Shown here: piece after piece, positions 1 through 13,259 of the stretch
Numbering within the stretch: the first letter of the stretch is position 1
Layout of the letters: the number at the start of each line of letters is the position of its first letter
Program-made: the position numbers and the translations under genes
Assembly (NCBI RefSeq): GCF_001194135.2
Contig: NC_068988.1
Location: 10,620,057-10,684,056 of the forward strand
Reading direction: 5' to 3'
Length of the DNA: 64,000 nt
Origin: Octopus bimaculoides
Taxonomy: Eukaryota
The notes under the pieces: generated by a model
What the model was told of the DNA's origin: nothing
Databases searched by the model: none
Seen by the model: only the letters and a program-made list of their open reading frames with translations

Positions 1-747
1 TTATTATTTTCTTATATGTATCATGGGTATATGCTTATATGTCTATTGTAATGTGTGTTACGCTGTTTGTAACTGGTTTTATTTTTTATTTATTTATTTT
101 TGTCGTTTCAATCTTTAGTCTTCATATAGTGTGGTGGTGGTTGTTGTTACATTCCTGTTTTCAGTTGAGACTCTGTTGAGGCTATGATAAATATAAAAAT
201 AAAAAAAGATACAATATAAAAGAATAGAAAAAATACAAAATAGAAACATCAAAAATATATAAACAGATACAAACAACATAGGAAGTGAAACCGTATACAC
301 ACGTAAACACGCAAACTTCACATATAGCCAAGACAATATCGACAAGACCACTAAAACAATGGCACCAACAACAATGCCATTCTATTTAAATGTTCAATAC
401 ACACATGGTGACGAGAGTATCTTTAGCCCTCGGCAGTGAAACTCTCTGATGTGAACTAAGTATTTATTGCAGCGTCCCAAACTAGTTGATATGAGTATGT
501 CTGCAAATTGCATTTGCGATTTTCACTCACTATTGGCATGTTAGCTTTCTTATTTACTCTCTTCCATGAATTCATCAGTATGTATTAGAGATAAATGTGG
601 TTATGAATCGTTTTAACACTTATTTCTAGCAACGCTGTCGCTATCTAGCACCCGTGATAATAAATTGATAATTGTACCCTTCTGTTTATTTTTATACTTG
701 GTAGCCACTTATATTATTATTATTTATTATTAATAAAAATTATCTTG

Positions 748-791
<44 letters not shown>

Positions 792-1740
792 NNNNNNNNN
801 NTATATATATATATATATATATATCTTTCCGAAATATATATATATTAGTTAGAAATTCCTGCTCAGGTCTCAGCATCAACATTTTCCTACCAAGAAAGCA
901 GGATTGTGTAATTACGTTATCTCGTAACTAAATATATATGCGATTGTGTGTGTGTGTGTGTGTGTCTCTGTGTGTGAGTGTGTGCGTGTGCGTGCGCGCG
1001 TTTGCTTGGATTTGCTTGCTCTCATTCTTTTAAATTAAGTGTATTCAGCGAAGTGCGTTCCAAGTTTTCATTTTGTAATTTTGCATGATGACGCAAACAT
1101 ACGAATCAGTTGTTGATAATACTAATCGTGCTTTGAAACCGAACTTCTTACATCTGGGAATAGATAAGCACGAAGTGTGAGGTCATTGATAATTACCCAT
1201 CTGATTTAGTGTGCTTTCTAATCAATATTTACAAATAACTTGTTGGCTCATAAACAAGAATCCGTCTTCAATCTGCAATTTCCATTTGGAAATGGCAGCA
1301 CAAATTAAGCATCGCTCCTAATTGATTGTTCCGTTGCGAGGAAAACCGAAACAAAATTGATAATTCTTAATATTATAATGACTTTCTCAAAATGTAATAC
1401 AATTTCAAAAGTAAAGAGAAAAAAAAACAAGTAAGATGGCAATAACTACACATCCTCTCAAAATTAATATTATGCTATCCTCATACATTATTTGAAAATA
1501 TCATTGCAAAAACAAAACAAATTCTGTTTTTAATGGTTTTTCACTAAATTTACCAGAGAATATAAAATGAAACATCAATTTCCATAAGCTAACTTCCTTT
1601 GAAAAATATGGATTACCTTCAACCATATTATCTACAAATGATATTATCTACAAATGATATTAAACCTGAAGTGAATGACTATAAATATGTCTCTCTACTC
1701 ACAACCAACTGAAGATTCTGTTCCACTTCTTCAAAGCAAA

Positions 1741-1883
1741 TGTGTCGTAAGAAGGTTCCTTCGCAACCACGTTTCCTGACTTGTTCCGTCCGTGTGGTAC
1801 CTTTGATAAGTATTCTATTATAGCCTCGAGCCTACAAAAGCTTTGTGAGTGGATTTAGTAAACGGTGATGAAAAAAACCTTCG

Positions 1884-1885
<2 letters not shown>
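1741..1885 (+). mobile_element. Degenerate tRNA-derived SINE (family A, same as 43035-43190)
   Basis: Contains 'ttctattatagcctcgagcctacaaaagctttgtgagtggatttagtaaacgg...ccttcgta' followed by (TA)n. This aligns by eye with the better-preserved copy at 43035-43190. Confidence 0.7.
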
Positions 1886-1917
<32 letters not shown>

Positions 1918-1924
1918 TAGACGT

Positions 1925-2270
1925 ATTTCCTTGGTAGTTCATCGATCTCCAATGAAGACGTAGTCTGTGGTCACAGCAGTTTGCCGGAAGCACACTGCCG
2001 CCCGCAGTTTGGACACTGGTAGTCTGTAATCAGGACTGAGAATGATATGACATCTGTCTCTTGCGTCTGTGAGACATTGCTGTCTAACCTCCTCATAGGC
2101 AGCTACAGCAGCGTAAGTGAGTTACCTCCAGGTGGTCCTGTTTGTTCCTGCGCTCTCGACTCTGCGAGGCTGGATGTCACGCAAGTTTAGGTTGCCGTTT
2201 ACTATGCCCTTATACCTATTTCGCCCGCAGATATGAATGTATAAGCATGATCTATCCGATGTCCATGGAT
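1925..2270 (-). mobile_element. RTE-clade LINE, decayed 3' end (end of ORF and short 3' UTR)
   Basis: Minus strand translates to RYKGIVNGNLNLRDIQPRRVESAGTNRTTWR*LTYAAVAAYEEVRQQCLTDARDR, then after a frameshift DYQCPNCGRQCAS. This matches the RTE C-terminal pattern (RYKD..K..L...I....WE..A.DR..WR.....FE..R ... CPxCGRxCxSRIGL). Confidence 0.75.
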
Positions 2271-2830
2271 ACTACAGAATACAGTGTAATCTGTCCAGGA
2301 ATTGAGACTATCGTGTTATAAAACACGTGATGTGCGTAAACGCGATGCAATAAGATATTTATAAATTCCTTCCAGAACAGGCGTATAAGCAGACATAGAA
2401 TGTGATTGCAAACGTTGTTTTTATCCTATGAAAAGAGCGCAAAGTTAAACTCTCTTCCAGGGTACTCTTCCAGACAAAATCTCGATTAACTGTAATTCCA
2501 TCCGTTCATATTTAATTCTAGTAACTAATGGAAAATGTATACACCCACACAAAATCCAAGACTATATTTAAAGCAATTAAACTTTTATTTGCGAAACTCA
2601 ACAAAAGAAAAACACATTATGACACAATGAACGCGTGATGGTTCCTACCGAATATTGAGAGCTTGAAATCTAACGTCATTACATAAAGTGTTGTTTTAGA
2701 AACACCCGAGAATCTCAGAGCAAACGACAGTGAAAATAAGTGAAGTACATGTCTCTTCATCTTCCTGTCGATCGATCCGTCTGCCTATTTTTCTGTCTAT
2801 TCTTAAATATACATATGCCCGTACACATGC

Positions 2831-2849
2831 ATATCTATCTATCTGTCTG

Positions 2850-2898
<49 letters not shown>

Positions 2899-2965
2899 GT
2901 ACCTATCTACCTATCTGTCTATCTATGTACCTATCTATCTATCTATCTATCTATGTACCTATCTA
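2831..2965. repeat. (CTAT)n tetranucleotide microsatellite running into an assembly gap
   Basis: Direct reading; interrupted by gtac/acct variants. Confidence 0.95.
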
Positions 2966-4192
2966 NNNNNNNNNNNNNNNNNNNNNNNNNNNNNNNNNNN
3001 NNNNNNNNNNNNNNNNNNNNNNNNNNNNNNNNNNNNNNNNNNNNNNNNNNNNNNNNNNNNNNNNNNNNNNNNNNNNNNNNNNNNNNNNNNNNNNNNNNNN
3101 NNNNNNNNNNNNNNNNNNNNNNNNNNNNNNNNNNNNNNNNNNNNNNNNNNNNNNNNNNNNNNNNNNNNATATATATATATATATATATATAATTGTATGT
3201 ATATATGTATATATTTATATATATCCACATATATATGCATATATGTGTTAGCAGTTAGACGTTGAGGATATATAAATACGTGTGTTTCGGAAGTTGTATA
3301 AACACACTTAAGCGTATGTATTCATCTCGATTTGCTGCTGTGGCAATCAGTATGTATGTGCAAGTCGAGTCTATTGTGGTATATCACGAGTTTCAACTGT
3401 CGGTGAGATCAAAAGCTTGTTACTGACTTTTCTTTTGGAGATACGACTTCTTTAATACATACACACACACACATATATGTATGAACGTGTGCTCTCATTG
3501 TTTAAATGTGTTCGTGTATCGACATATTATGAAAGATATTACTATAATTGCATGAACTGGAAACTTGTTTGGTTCCTACGGAAATATTTCTTTGTTTAGT
3601 TCTACTACGCTGAAGACAACTTATTAGTGAAACTTCTGCTTGTTGTATACCTTTGAATGTTTCTTCAGCATATGGAAACATTCACATATCCATGGAAATT
3701 TACTTCGGAAATGTAGTTACACGTCATATAATTTTATTGTTGTATCGATTTTATTTTGCGTACAAAAATTAGACGATGTTTGTCGAGGGAAAAACAGTAT
3801 CATCGTTCATTGAATATTTATCTTATTAAATTACCATAAAATAGATTTGTTTTCTATTTTCTGCATCGGCATTGTCTTTGCATGCCTGGCATATTGACAA
3901 AAATCATTAATATTTGAATTTTACAAATCTATGTTTTGAAACACTCCAGCGGTGACACCCCAGATGTTGTGATTAGGGATTTTCTTTATTACTTATAAGT
4001 TAATCTTTTGTATTTGACACATTTGAAAGTGTCTATGTTGGGGTTCCATGAAGAGACATTTTTGGTTGATATAACAGTCTCTGTTAAATATTTATTGACA
4101 TTTTCCACCAGTTTGTTTCCAATTCATTTCTGATTTGTTCTCTCTTGTTGCTCTTTGTTTGATTACGTGGGTGAATTGGACACTGAGAAATT

Positions 4193-4235
4193 ATCCCCTG
4201 AGGAGTGTCCAAATAACCACGAAACATGTTGAGAC
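4193..4235 (+). ncRNA. Minimal type I hammerhead ribozyme motif (Penelope-associated type), slightly degenerate
   Basis: Stem I 5' arm tccc (4194-4197); CTGAGGA core (4198-4204); stem II GTG...CAC (4205-4207/4218-4220); GAAA (4221-4224); palindromic stem III ACATGT (4224-4229); cleavage triplet GTT (4228-4230); stem I 3' arm gaga (4231-4234, 3 of 4 pairs). Confidence 0.6.
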
Positions 4236-5202
4236 GCTCACCTTCAATTTTCTGTGACAGGAATGAGTTAAAACTCCTGTTTACATGATATAAAATTTGA
4301 CGTCATTTAATTTAACAATGCCGTATAAATATTCTAAGTATATTTCAAATAGCACTACGTGTCATGTTCCAATGTTTTAAAAGAAACAACAAATTTTAAT
4401 GTGATATAAGTATTTTATTGTATATTTTCTTACTACCAAATATCTTTCAAAGGCAACATATGTTTAAAGTTTTATTTATTATATCATTGTTTAAACCTAT
4501 TAACTTTATAATCACAAATGTATTTGATATTATACTCTATAAAGTTTGCATATCAATCTTCTTGATCAGAAACACCTGTTAGTGTTTCACTATTTGCTGG
4601 TTAAATACTTTATTAAAATTCACTTATGATCAGTCAACATCAGTAACGATACAAAGAAAAATATGTTATTAGTGATTTCTTTGTTTTTAAATATATTGTG
4701 TGAGTTCGCGCGCGCGCAAACGCTCATGTGTGTGAAAACGTATAAAGATATGAAACTGCTGAAAATTTGTTTTGTTATCATCAGCAGCATAATGTAATGT
4801 CTGAAAATAATGTTGTATTTATGTGAAGTATGCAATAGAAATAGTAATTATAAATGATGTTAATGTAACTCCCACTAAACAAAATGGTCGGGCTTAACAT
4901 ATATAGCTGTCAATTTATTGCAGCTCGACTGCGAGATCAGATTCTACTATTTCTGCCGACAAATTTGGCAGACCTCTTCTTTCTTTATAAGTTCTTTTCA
5001 ATATTTCGTTCTTGCTCTTACAAGCTGCAGTTCGATCCTGCATAATATTTTGATAAATTGATATGACATAAATATTGGGATAATTTATATTTACAGGAAT
5101 TGTTCCTTAAAATGTGAAATTCCCTTTCCATATGTTATTTGATAATGTTTATTTATGCATAGTGCATTTTCTGACAAATATTAGAGGTACAGTTTGCCTC
5201 AC

Positions 5203-5203
5203 A

Positions 5204-5285
<82 letters not shown>

Positions 5286-5351
5286 CCTACCTATGTATCT
5301 ATGTATCTATGTATCTATCTATCTATCTATCTATATATCTATCGATATATA
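5203..5351. repeat. (CTAT)n microsatellite running into an assembly gap
   Basis: Direct reading. Confidence 0.95.
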
Positions 5352-6001
5352 NNNNNNNNNNNNNNNNNNNNNNNNNNNNNNNNNNNNNNNNNNNNNNNNN
5401 NNNNNNNNNNNNNNNNNNNNNNNNNNNNNNNNNNNNNNNNNNNNNNNNNNNNNNNNNNNNNNNNNNNNNNNNNNNNNNNNNNNNNNNNNNNNNNNNNNNN
5501 NNNNNNNNNNNNNNNNNNNNNNNNNNNNNNNNNNNNNNNNNNNNNNNNNNNNNNNNNNNNNNNNNNNNNNNNNNNNNNNNNNNNNNNNNNNNNNNNNNNN
5601 NNNNNNNNNNNNNNNNNNNNNNNNNNNNNNNNNNNNNNNNNNNNNNNNNNNNNNNNNNNNNNNNNNNNNNNNNNNNNNNNNNNNNNNNNNNNNNNNNNNN
5701 NNNNNNNNNNNNNNNNNNNNNNNNNNNNNNNNNNNNNNNNNNNNNNNNNNNNNNNNNNNNNNNNNNNNNNNNNNNNNNNNNNNNNNNNNNNNNNNNNNNN
5801 NNNNNNNNNNNNNNNNNNNNNNNNNNNNNNNNNNNNNNNNNNNNNNNNNNNNNNNNNNNNNNNNNNNNNNNNNNNNNNNNNNNNNNNNNNNNNNNNNNNN
5901 NNNNNNNNNNNNNNNNNNNNNNNNNNNNNNNNNNNNNNNNNNNNNNNNNNNNNNNNNNNNNNNNNNNNNNNNNNNNNNNNNNNNNNNNNNNNNNNNNNNN
6001 N

Positions 6002-6043
<42 letters not shown>

Positions 6044-6194
6044 TTATAAATGTAAGGCATATGTGAAACATGCAATCGATGGTTATAATTACTCCATGCT
6101 CTACAATTGTTTCAATACCGTTAGCGTGACAAATATTATAACGTGCATGTAATGAAGGAAAAATTGGATAGTGATATATCGATTATATCTTATA

Positions 6195-6690
6195 GATGTC
6201 GACTGAAAATTTCATAGGTTGATCTAAATAATTTCCTGGAAATTGATCAAATGGGATATATTTTACAACATAGCACCCCCCATTGCAGTCCGCATCCTTC
6301 TTACATTGGTGGTGCCATGCTTGAACCTCAGTGGCGGATACGTTTTCATGCTCTTGCTCAAAACGTCCTCATCATTATCTATGGCGTTATAATCATTGCG
6401 CTATTGGTTACCAGCCAAATGTTTTCCATGCTGGGGAGCAGATAATAGTCAGATGGTGCCAAATAAGGAGATTCAGGATAGTGATCAACTGGTTCAAAGA
6501 CACTGCCATGAACAGCCACAATTGAAATCAAAGACTCGTTTTGTGGAATACTGCCCTCATGAAACAAAACACTTTCTGTCAGTTGTACTAGGCATTTGGT
6601 CACGGATGGAATGTCAGAAATACCACTGACAGCTAGGAAGCACAAGGGGACAGCTGTCATGTGTGAAGTCATAGCGACCATCTTGTAGGC
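6195..6690 (-). mobile_element. Internally deleted mariner (Tc1/mariner) transposon remnant
   Basis: Minus ORF 6379-6681 contains VLFHEGSIPQNESLISIVAVHGSVFEPVDHYPESPYLAPSDYYLLPSM, a degenerate form of mariner LFHxDNAPxH...HPPYSPDLAPSD. The TIR-like end 'TA|gatgtcgactgaaaatttcatagg' is at 6193-6220. Confidence 0.85.
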
Positions 6691-7263
6691 GTCCAGTTAT
6701 TCACATTCTAAATAACTGATTTGCCCACAAATCTTGGGAATGATTTCTTTAAAAGGTGAAATATTCTGTTATTATTGTCTAAACTGAATTCTGTGAATAT
6801 GAAATAAATTTCAAAGAAGTATATAAACATATGTAAATACATAGCTATTTGTGTGCCTATAAACATTCGCACATACATATATACGTTTCTTTCGGTTCCC
6901 CTGTATTCAGTAGAAGACTACATACTGTGAACGTTCTCAATATCAATGAGAGGAACATAATATGTGTTGACAGAATGAGATAGCTGAAAAGAAAGAAAAC
7001 TAACCGGTTATCGTCTGTATTCTAGTGTCAATTCCTATATTATACTGCATGTGTATTTTCCTTTCTAAAACCTCTTTCCAGCCGAGTTCGTAAACGAAAT
7101 TAGCTGCTATTTCGGGAAGGTCGAACCAAAGTGGTATTCTGTCTTGTAATCACTATTACTGATGATCAGATGTGTGAAACGAACTATTACTAAAGGCTAG
7201 ACACGTTGTACTTTGTAGTTATGTCAAGTTTTATTGTAAGTCCTCACTTCCCTTTAGTCCAAT

Positions 7264-7302
<39 letters not shown>

Positions 7303-10300
7303 CGTGGTTGTATTCTAAGTGGGAATTCTGTTTTCAGTGTGGTGAAAATTCTTTGTACGTTCAGTACAATTATATCTTCGTTGAAACATTCTATTATTAT
7401 GAATGTTTGATATATTGTTCGGAGAATTACATCGAAAGTCTGTATGTTCTTCTTCTTAATTTTGGAAATATCTGTTGAAATGCTAGGCATTATGTATATA
7501 TATTATGTACATCAATTACAGCTCTTAAGCGAAAAGTAAAGTAGGAAATGCAAAAAATTAGAGATCAATTTAAAGAAACATTTATAGTATAATATACGTA
7601 CTCATACATTTTCTCTATTTCTCTCTCTCCCTCACTCACACACGCACTCACTATTTCTCTCTCTCTCTCTCTCTCTCTGTTTCTCTCTCTCTCTCTCTCT
7701 GTTTCTCTCTCACTATCACTCTCCAATCTTTCGTGTTCCCTCTTCCTCCCTTTTTACTTTCTCTTTACCATTCCGAACAAAACTTTTTACATGTAGCATC
7801 TGTGTGTGTCCTCATTGATTACAAACATATAACGTATGTTATATATTACTTTCGAGAATTATTGGTTATATGTTCCGTTGATGTGAATATCAATTAAATT
7901 CCCATCCTAGTAGAGCCAGAGATTAGCAGAATATTCTGTTTGGTATAAATGACAATTGCAATTTATATTTTCTTTCTTAAAAGTCAATATGAACACATTT
8001 ATTGCGCTTACTAATCACACCAGTATCAATGTAAACGTGTGAATGAAATAAAATACAAAAGTAATAGTTTTATTTAGATATATAAACATAGCTTGTTTAT
8101 TTATCTAAAAGAAAATTCTTGCTGCTAATGTATGGAATTTGTTTATAATGTATATCTAATGTCTAAAATATGAAATTATGTCTTCCGAATATTCCCAACT
8201 GCATACAAATGTATCATAATTTCATGACATAAATACAGCATTTGGTTTTTAACGGAACGAATTAAGTAATACAGTCTTTAACAAAATTAAATGGCAGCGC
8301 TTTAAAAAGAAATTTAGAATATAACCCAAACGAATAAAACCCAAACAACGTTTGAAACATAATGCAACAAATATATGAAATTAATCAAACTGGTTGCACA
8401 TTCACGTCTGTTCTCAGAAAAAATAAATATTAAACTGATGTGGATAATTGAGTATTTGAATCTGAATTACTGTCGAACAGCAAATCCAGTTCGACAATTC
8501 AATAGGGAAATGTGTCATGCTCGTTGTTTCAAATATGCCAGTAGTGTTTTTTTGAGAAAATTTATGAAATTGGAAAGTTTTCATAACATTTTCTATAATG
8601 ATTACTATGTACATATAACACTGTATGCAAGCAACATGATTATGATATAGTAGAAATTACCAGAAAAATATATTTTGATGATTTTACTCACCATTTTTAC
8701 CATAACCTCATCAACTGCAATTTTCAAATTATAGCTTCTGTTATTTCTAATTATTCTTTATTTATTTCCTATTTATGTTTAACTTGAGGTATATGTCTCT
8801 GTCACCTGTACACAAGTGCATAATTTAAGCTACCTTTCCATATAATAGAAATATTTTCTTTAGAAAAGTTGGTGTCATAGCCTCTATTCTCCAAACTGAA
8901 ATCAAACAATAACGATTTCCAGTTTCTCTGGTGCAAATTACTTCCAAAAATTTTTGAAATACACCTAGCTTTTGTAACATTCTTCAAATACCCAGCAAAA
9001 CAATTGATACATGATTACATCCACCTGCATTACTGACATGTTTTTGAATTCACACCGCGCCGAATTGGTCGCTAACTTTAATGTTCTGGTGACATTTAAA
9101 TATCTATTTTACCGATGACGCCCGTGTGGTCACCGAAGATATGCAATCGTTATATGTTTATATCTGTCATTTTCAACATTTACAGATTTTCATTCAGATA
9201 CTCCAAACACTCATCTCTTCGCTAAATTTTACATCCAGCTTTCTTTCAGCCGTTGAGAAACAAAAAGAACGGGAATTAGATTTACAGTAATGAAAAGTAT
9301 CGTTCAAATACTAGTCTTCGTTTACCGATCAAAACAATTTATCCAAGACTTTAATTCCTATCCAAGGATTGCAAGCATGTGTATATCCACATGCATATAT
9401 GTGCGTGTGTTGTTGAGTGTATCTAAGTATATTGTGGGTATATATATATATATATATATNNNNNNNNNNNNNNNNNNNNNNNNNNNNNNNNNNNNNNNNN
9501 NNNNNNNNNNNNNNNNNNNNNNNNNNNNNNNNNNNNNNNNNNNNNNNNNNNNNNNNNNNNNNNNNNNNNNNNNNNNNNNNNNNNNNNNNNNNNNNNNNNN
9601 NNNNNNNNNNNNNNNNNNNNNNNNNNNNNNNNNNNNNNNNNNNNNNNNNNNNNNNNNNNNNNNNNNNNNNNNNNNNNNNNNNNNNNNNNNNNNNNNNNNN
9701 NNNNNNNNNNNNNNNNNNNNNNNNNNNNNNNNNNNNNNNNNNNNNNNNNNNNNNNNNNNNNNNNNNNNNNNNNNNNNNNNNNNNNNNNNNNNNNNNNNNN
9801 NNNNNNNNNNNNNNNNNNNNNNNNNNNNNNNNNNNNNNNNNNNNNNNNNNNNNNNNNNNNNNNNNNNNNNNNNATATATATACATATATATATCGAGGGA
9901 GGAGTAACTCGATTATATTAGTACTCAACTGGGACTTATTTTCACATTCTCCAGAAGGATAATAGAAATGTCAACCTCACAGAATTGGGACCATTCACTG
10001 TATCACTTGCATAACACTGCGCGGCAAAGTGCGTAACTCGGAGATAACGAAATCGATGCAGGGCGAGACACACATTCTCCCCAATCAGTTATCATAGCTT
10101 CGGAAGTGCGGTTAGAAAAGAATAAAAAGTATCGCAAGCTAAGTTCTACAAGAGGAGTCAGACATCAGAAAAATTAATGGCAGTTTATGAACGACATCAA
10201 TAATATCCATATACGCACATGGTACATGCTTGTGGAGAAGCCAAGCATGTTATATCTCCAGTAGAGATAGGGCTTAAAGACTTGATGCCTCTACTATCTC

Positions 10301-12511
10301 GTGATTCCAACGAATAGTAGATGGAACATAGGAGAAACTAAATATTCAAAGCATAATTGTTATCATTTTCTCAAAATAAGAGCAGATTTTAAAACAACAG
10401 AGATATGACTACAAATGTAACTAGAATAACATTGGATGATGTTATTATGATAATTTTAATGAATTTCAGTAGGAGCGTTTGTAGGTTGTGATTCCTTAAG
10501 TAGTATTATGAATTGAAACGTGATATACAATTGACTTGTAAAATACAATCGTAAACCGATTAACAAAGTGTAAAATGAAAAATAAATGTACACAATAGCA
10601 TGAATGAAATTTTCATATCACACATTCATCTTAGTGACAATAGGTCAATTACATTCACAGTGGGATAAATCATTTTTAAATATCATCTACATATAAATCT
10701 CTGCATCACCCTGTCCCATATACCTCCGTTCCTCACCGCTACGTCACTCTCTCTTTCCTTTTCCAATGCTTCTCACCAAGAACACACACACACACACACA
10801 CATATATATATTTATATACATACATATACATACATACACTCGCACACACTAACATAAATACATATATATATACACACACAAACACTCACACACATGCACA
10901 TAGACACACACACACAGACACACACATATATATATTTATACATACATATATTTGTATATATCTATACGGATAGACATATAGATGCATCCATGCACACATA
11001 CATACACACGTACATATAGATAGATAGATTAATAGATAGATACAAGAATGATACAGTTTAAGCAAACAGCATGAATAATACAAACAAACATCCGAGATAA
11101 CAAAATTTATGTCCACATTTATATGTTTTATCACTAACTGAATGGAGCCACCATTTAACTCAACATCGATAAAATCAGCTTTTCCCATTTCGATTTCAAT
11201 TTCTCTTGTATCATATACATAAATAAATACTAACTTAATCATTGAAAACATATGATGAGATACAATTGTGTCTTTTGTGGTTTAGAAACTATTGAGAGAC
11301 GTTGATATTTTTATGTTTATCTGAATACCTTATCCTTCACTTAATCCTCTATTTCAGGTTGGTTATCACTGCTTTTGAAATTGTAAGCTTGCACAACTAC
11401 AAATCCAACTACATACATACAAAATATATTCGTTTCGTTATATGCAGCGAAGTGATTATTAGATTAAAATGATACATACCTATTTGGATAATATATATAT
11501 ACANNNNNNNNNNNNNNNNNNNNNNNNNNNNNNNNNNNNNNNNNNNNNNNNNNNNNNNNNNNNNNNNNNNNNNNNNNNNNNNNNNNNNNNNNNNNNNNNN
11601 NNNNNNNNNNNNNNNNNNNNNNNNNNNNNNNNNNNNNNNNNNNNNNNNNNNNNNNNNNNNNNNNNNNNNNNNNNNNNNNNNNNNNNNNNNNNNNNNNNNN
11701 NNNNNNNNNNNNNNNNNNNNNNNNNNNNNNNNNNNNNNNNNNNNNNNNNNNNNNNNNNNNNNNNNNNNNNNNNNNNNNNNNNNNNNNNNNNNNNNNNNNN
11801 NNNNNNNNNNNNNNNNNNNNNNNNNNNNNNNNNNNNNNNNNNNNNNNNNNNNNNNNNNNNNNNNNNNNNNNNNNNNNNNNNNNNNNNNNNNNNNNNNNNN
11901 NNNNNNNNNNNNNNNNNNNNNNNNNNNNNNNNNNNNNNNNNNNNNNNNNNNNNNNNNNNNNNNNNNNNNNNNNNNNNNNNNNNNNNNNNNNNNNNNNNNN
12001 NNNNNNNNNNNNNNNNNNNNNNNNNNNNNNNNNNNNNNNNNNNNNNNNNNNNNNNNNNNNNNNNNNNNNNNNNNNNNNNNNNNNNNNNNNNNNNNNNNNN
12101 NNNNNNNNNNNNNNNNNNNNNNNNNNNNNNNNNNNNNNNNNNNNNNNNNNNNNNNNNNNNNNNNNNNNNNNNNNNNNNNNNNNNNNNNNNNNNNNNNNNN
12201 NNNNNNNNNNNNNNNNNNNNNNNNNNNNNNNNNNNNNNNNNNNNNNNNNNNNNNNNNNCTTCTCCAATATCTATAACATGATTCTCATCTCTATAACATT
12301 GGGTCTTATTTTTCGAATTTGTAAATGTGTTACCGATGTTTGTATTTTTTCTTGCAAAACATGAAATTAAAAGAAACTTGATTTTATTTTTCAAAGGAAA
12401 ACAACGAAATTACACAGCGTAGGCAAAGAAATATTTCCAAACACGCGACCTCACAGGCACACAAAAGAAACACACATATCCCCCACAACCTCACACATAC
12501 ATACACACAAA

Positions 12512-12560
<49 letters not shown>

Positions 12561-13184
12561 TCATATATATATCTCACTTTTCATAGAACCTCTTATCTTC
12601 CCTCTGCCACATTAAGAAACAGAATAAAGAATAACAATGCTTTGAATGATGACCGCATCCCATCATTTTTCATTATTTCTCTCATCCTAGAACTGACATC
12701 TGACATCTTAGAGATGTCAGTTGACTAAATAAGTCAATAAATAAATCAATGGTGAATACATATCAACGTGAAGAGTGTCCCTCTTTCCTTCCTATATCTA
12801 CCTATCTATCTGTGTGGCTATCTATCTACCTGTCTATCCCCATTGTCCTGCAACGTCAACCCACCCCGCCGCACCCCAAATGAACAATGTTCTCTTCTGA
12901 ACAAAACAAAAACATATGTTTTATATTAATTAACAACCTGTCTGTACTTTCACAATGTTATTCGACAAGTTTGAAAAATGCACGAAAATGTTAATAATAA
13001 TGAAGAAAGAAAATTTTTGTTTTCCAAAACTCTGGTGACATCCTTTTACCTCACTATACAATGTATGTGCACTACTTCTAACAATCTAGACGCCAAACAC
13101 GCATAAGTATATATACATATATATATGACATATTTTCATATATTAATGCATTAAGTAGAGACAGATAAACAGATAGACAGACAT

Positions 13185-13185
<1 letters not shown>

Positions 13186-13258
<73 letters not shown>
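13186..13258. repeat. (AGAT)n microsatellite
   Basis: Near-perfect run, direct reading. Confidence 0.97.

Positions 13259-13259
<1 letters not shown>

Noticed and set aside
3609-3640. CTGAAGA...GAAAC hammerhead-like spacing
   Set aside because: Stem II does not close, and there is no GUH triplet or stem I.
7159-7185. CTGATGA-tcagatgtgt-GAAACG
   Set aside because: Stem II closing pair is mismatched, with no stem III or cleavage triplet. Possibly a decayed motif, but unsupported.
10990-11251. Minus-strand peptide GKADFIDVELNGGSIQLVIK resembling a laminin-G/neurexin or Penelope RT motif
   Set aside because: The similarity is short and ambiguous, there are no convincing splice sites, and the ORF runs into microsatellite.
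11358-11382. 25-nt micro-exon candidate (tttcag|...|gtaagc)
   Set aside because: The splice signals are good, but such pairs are expected by chance in 64 kb and there is no peptide evidence.
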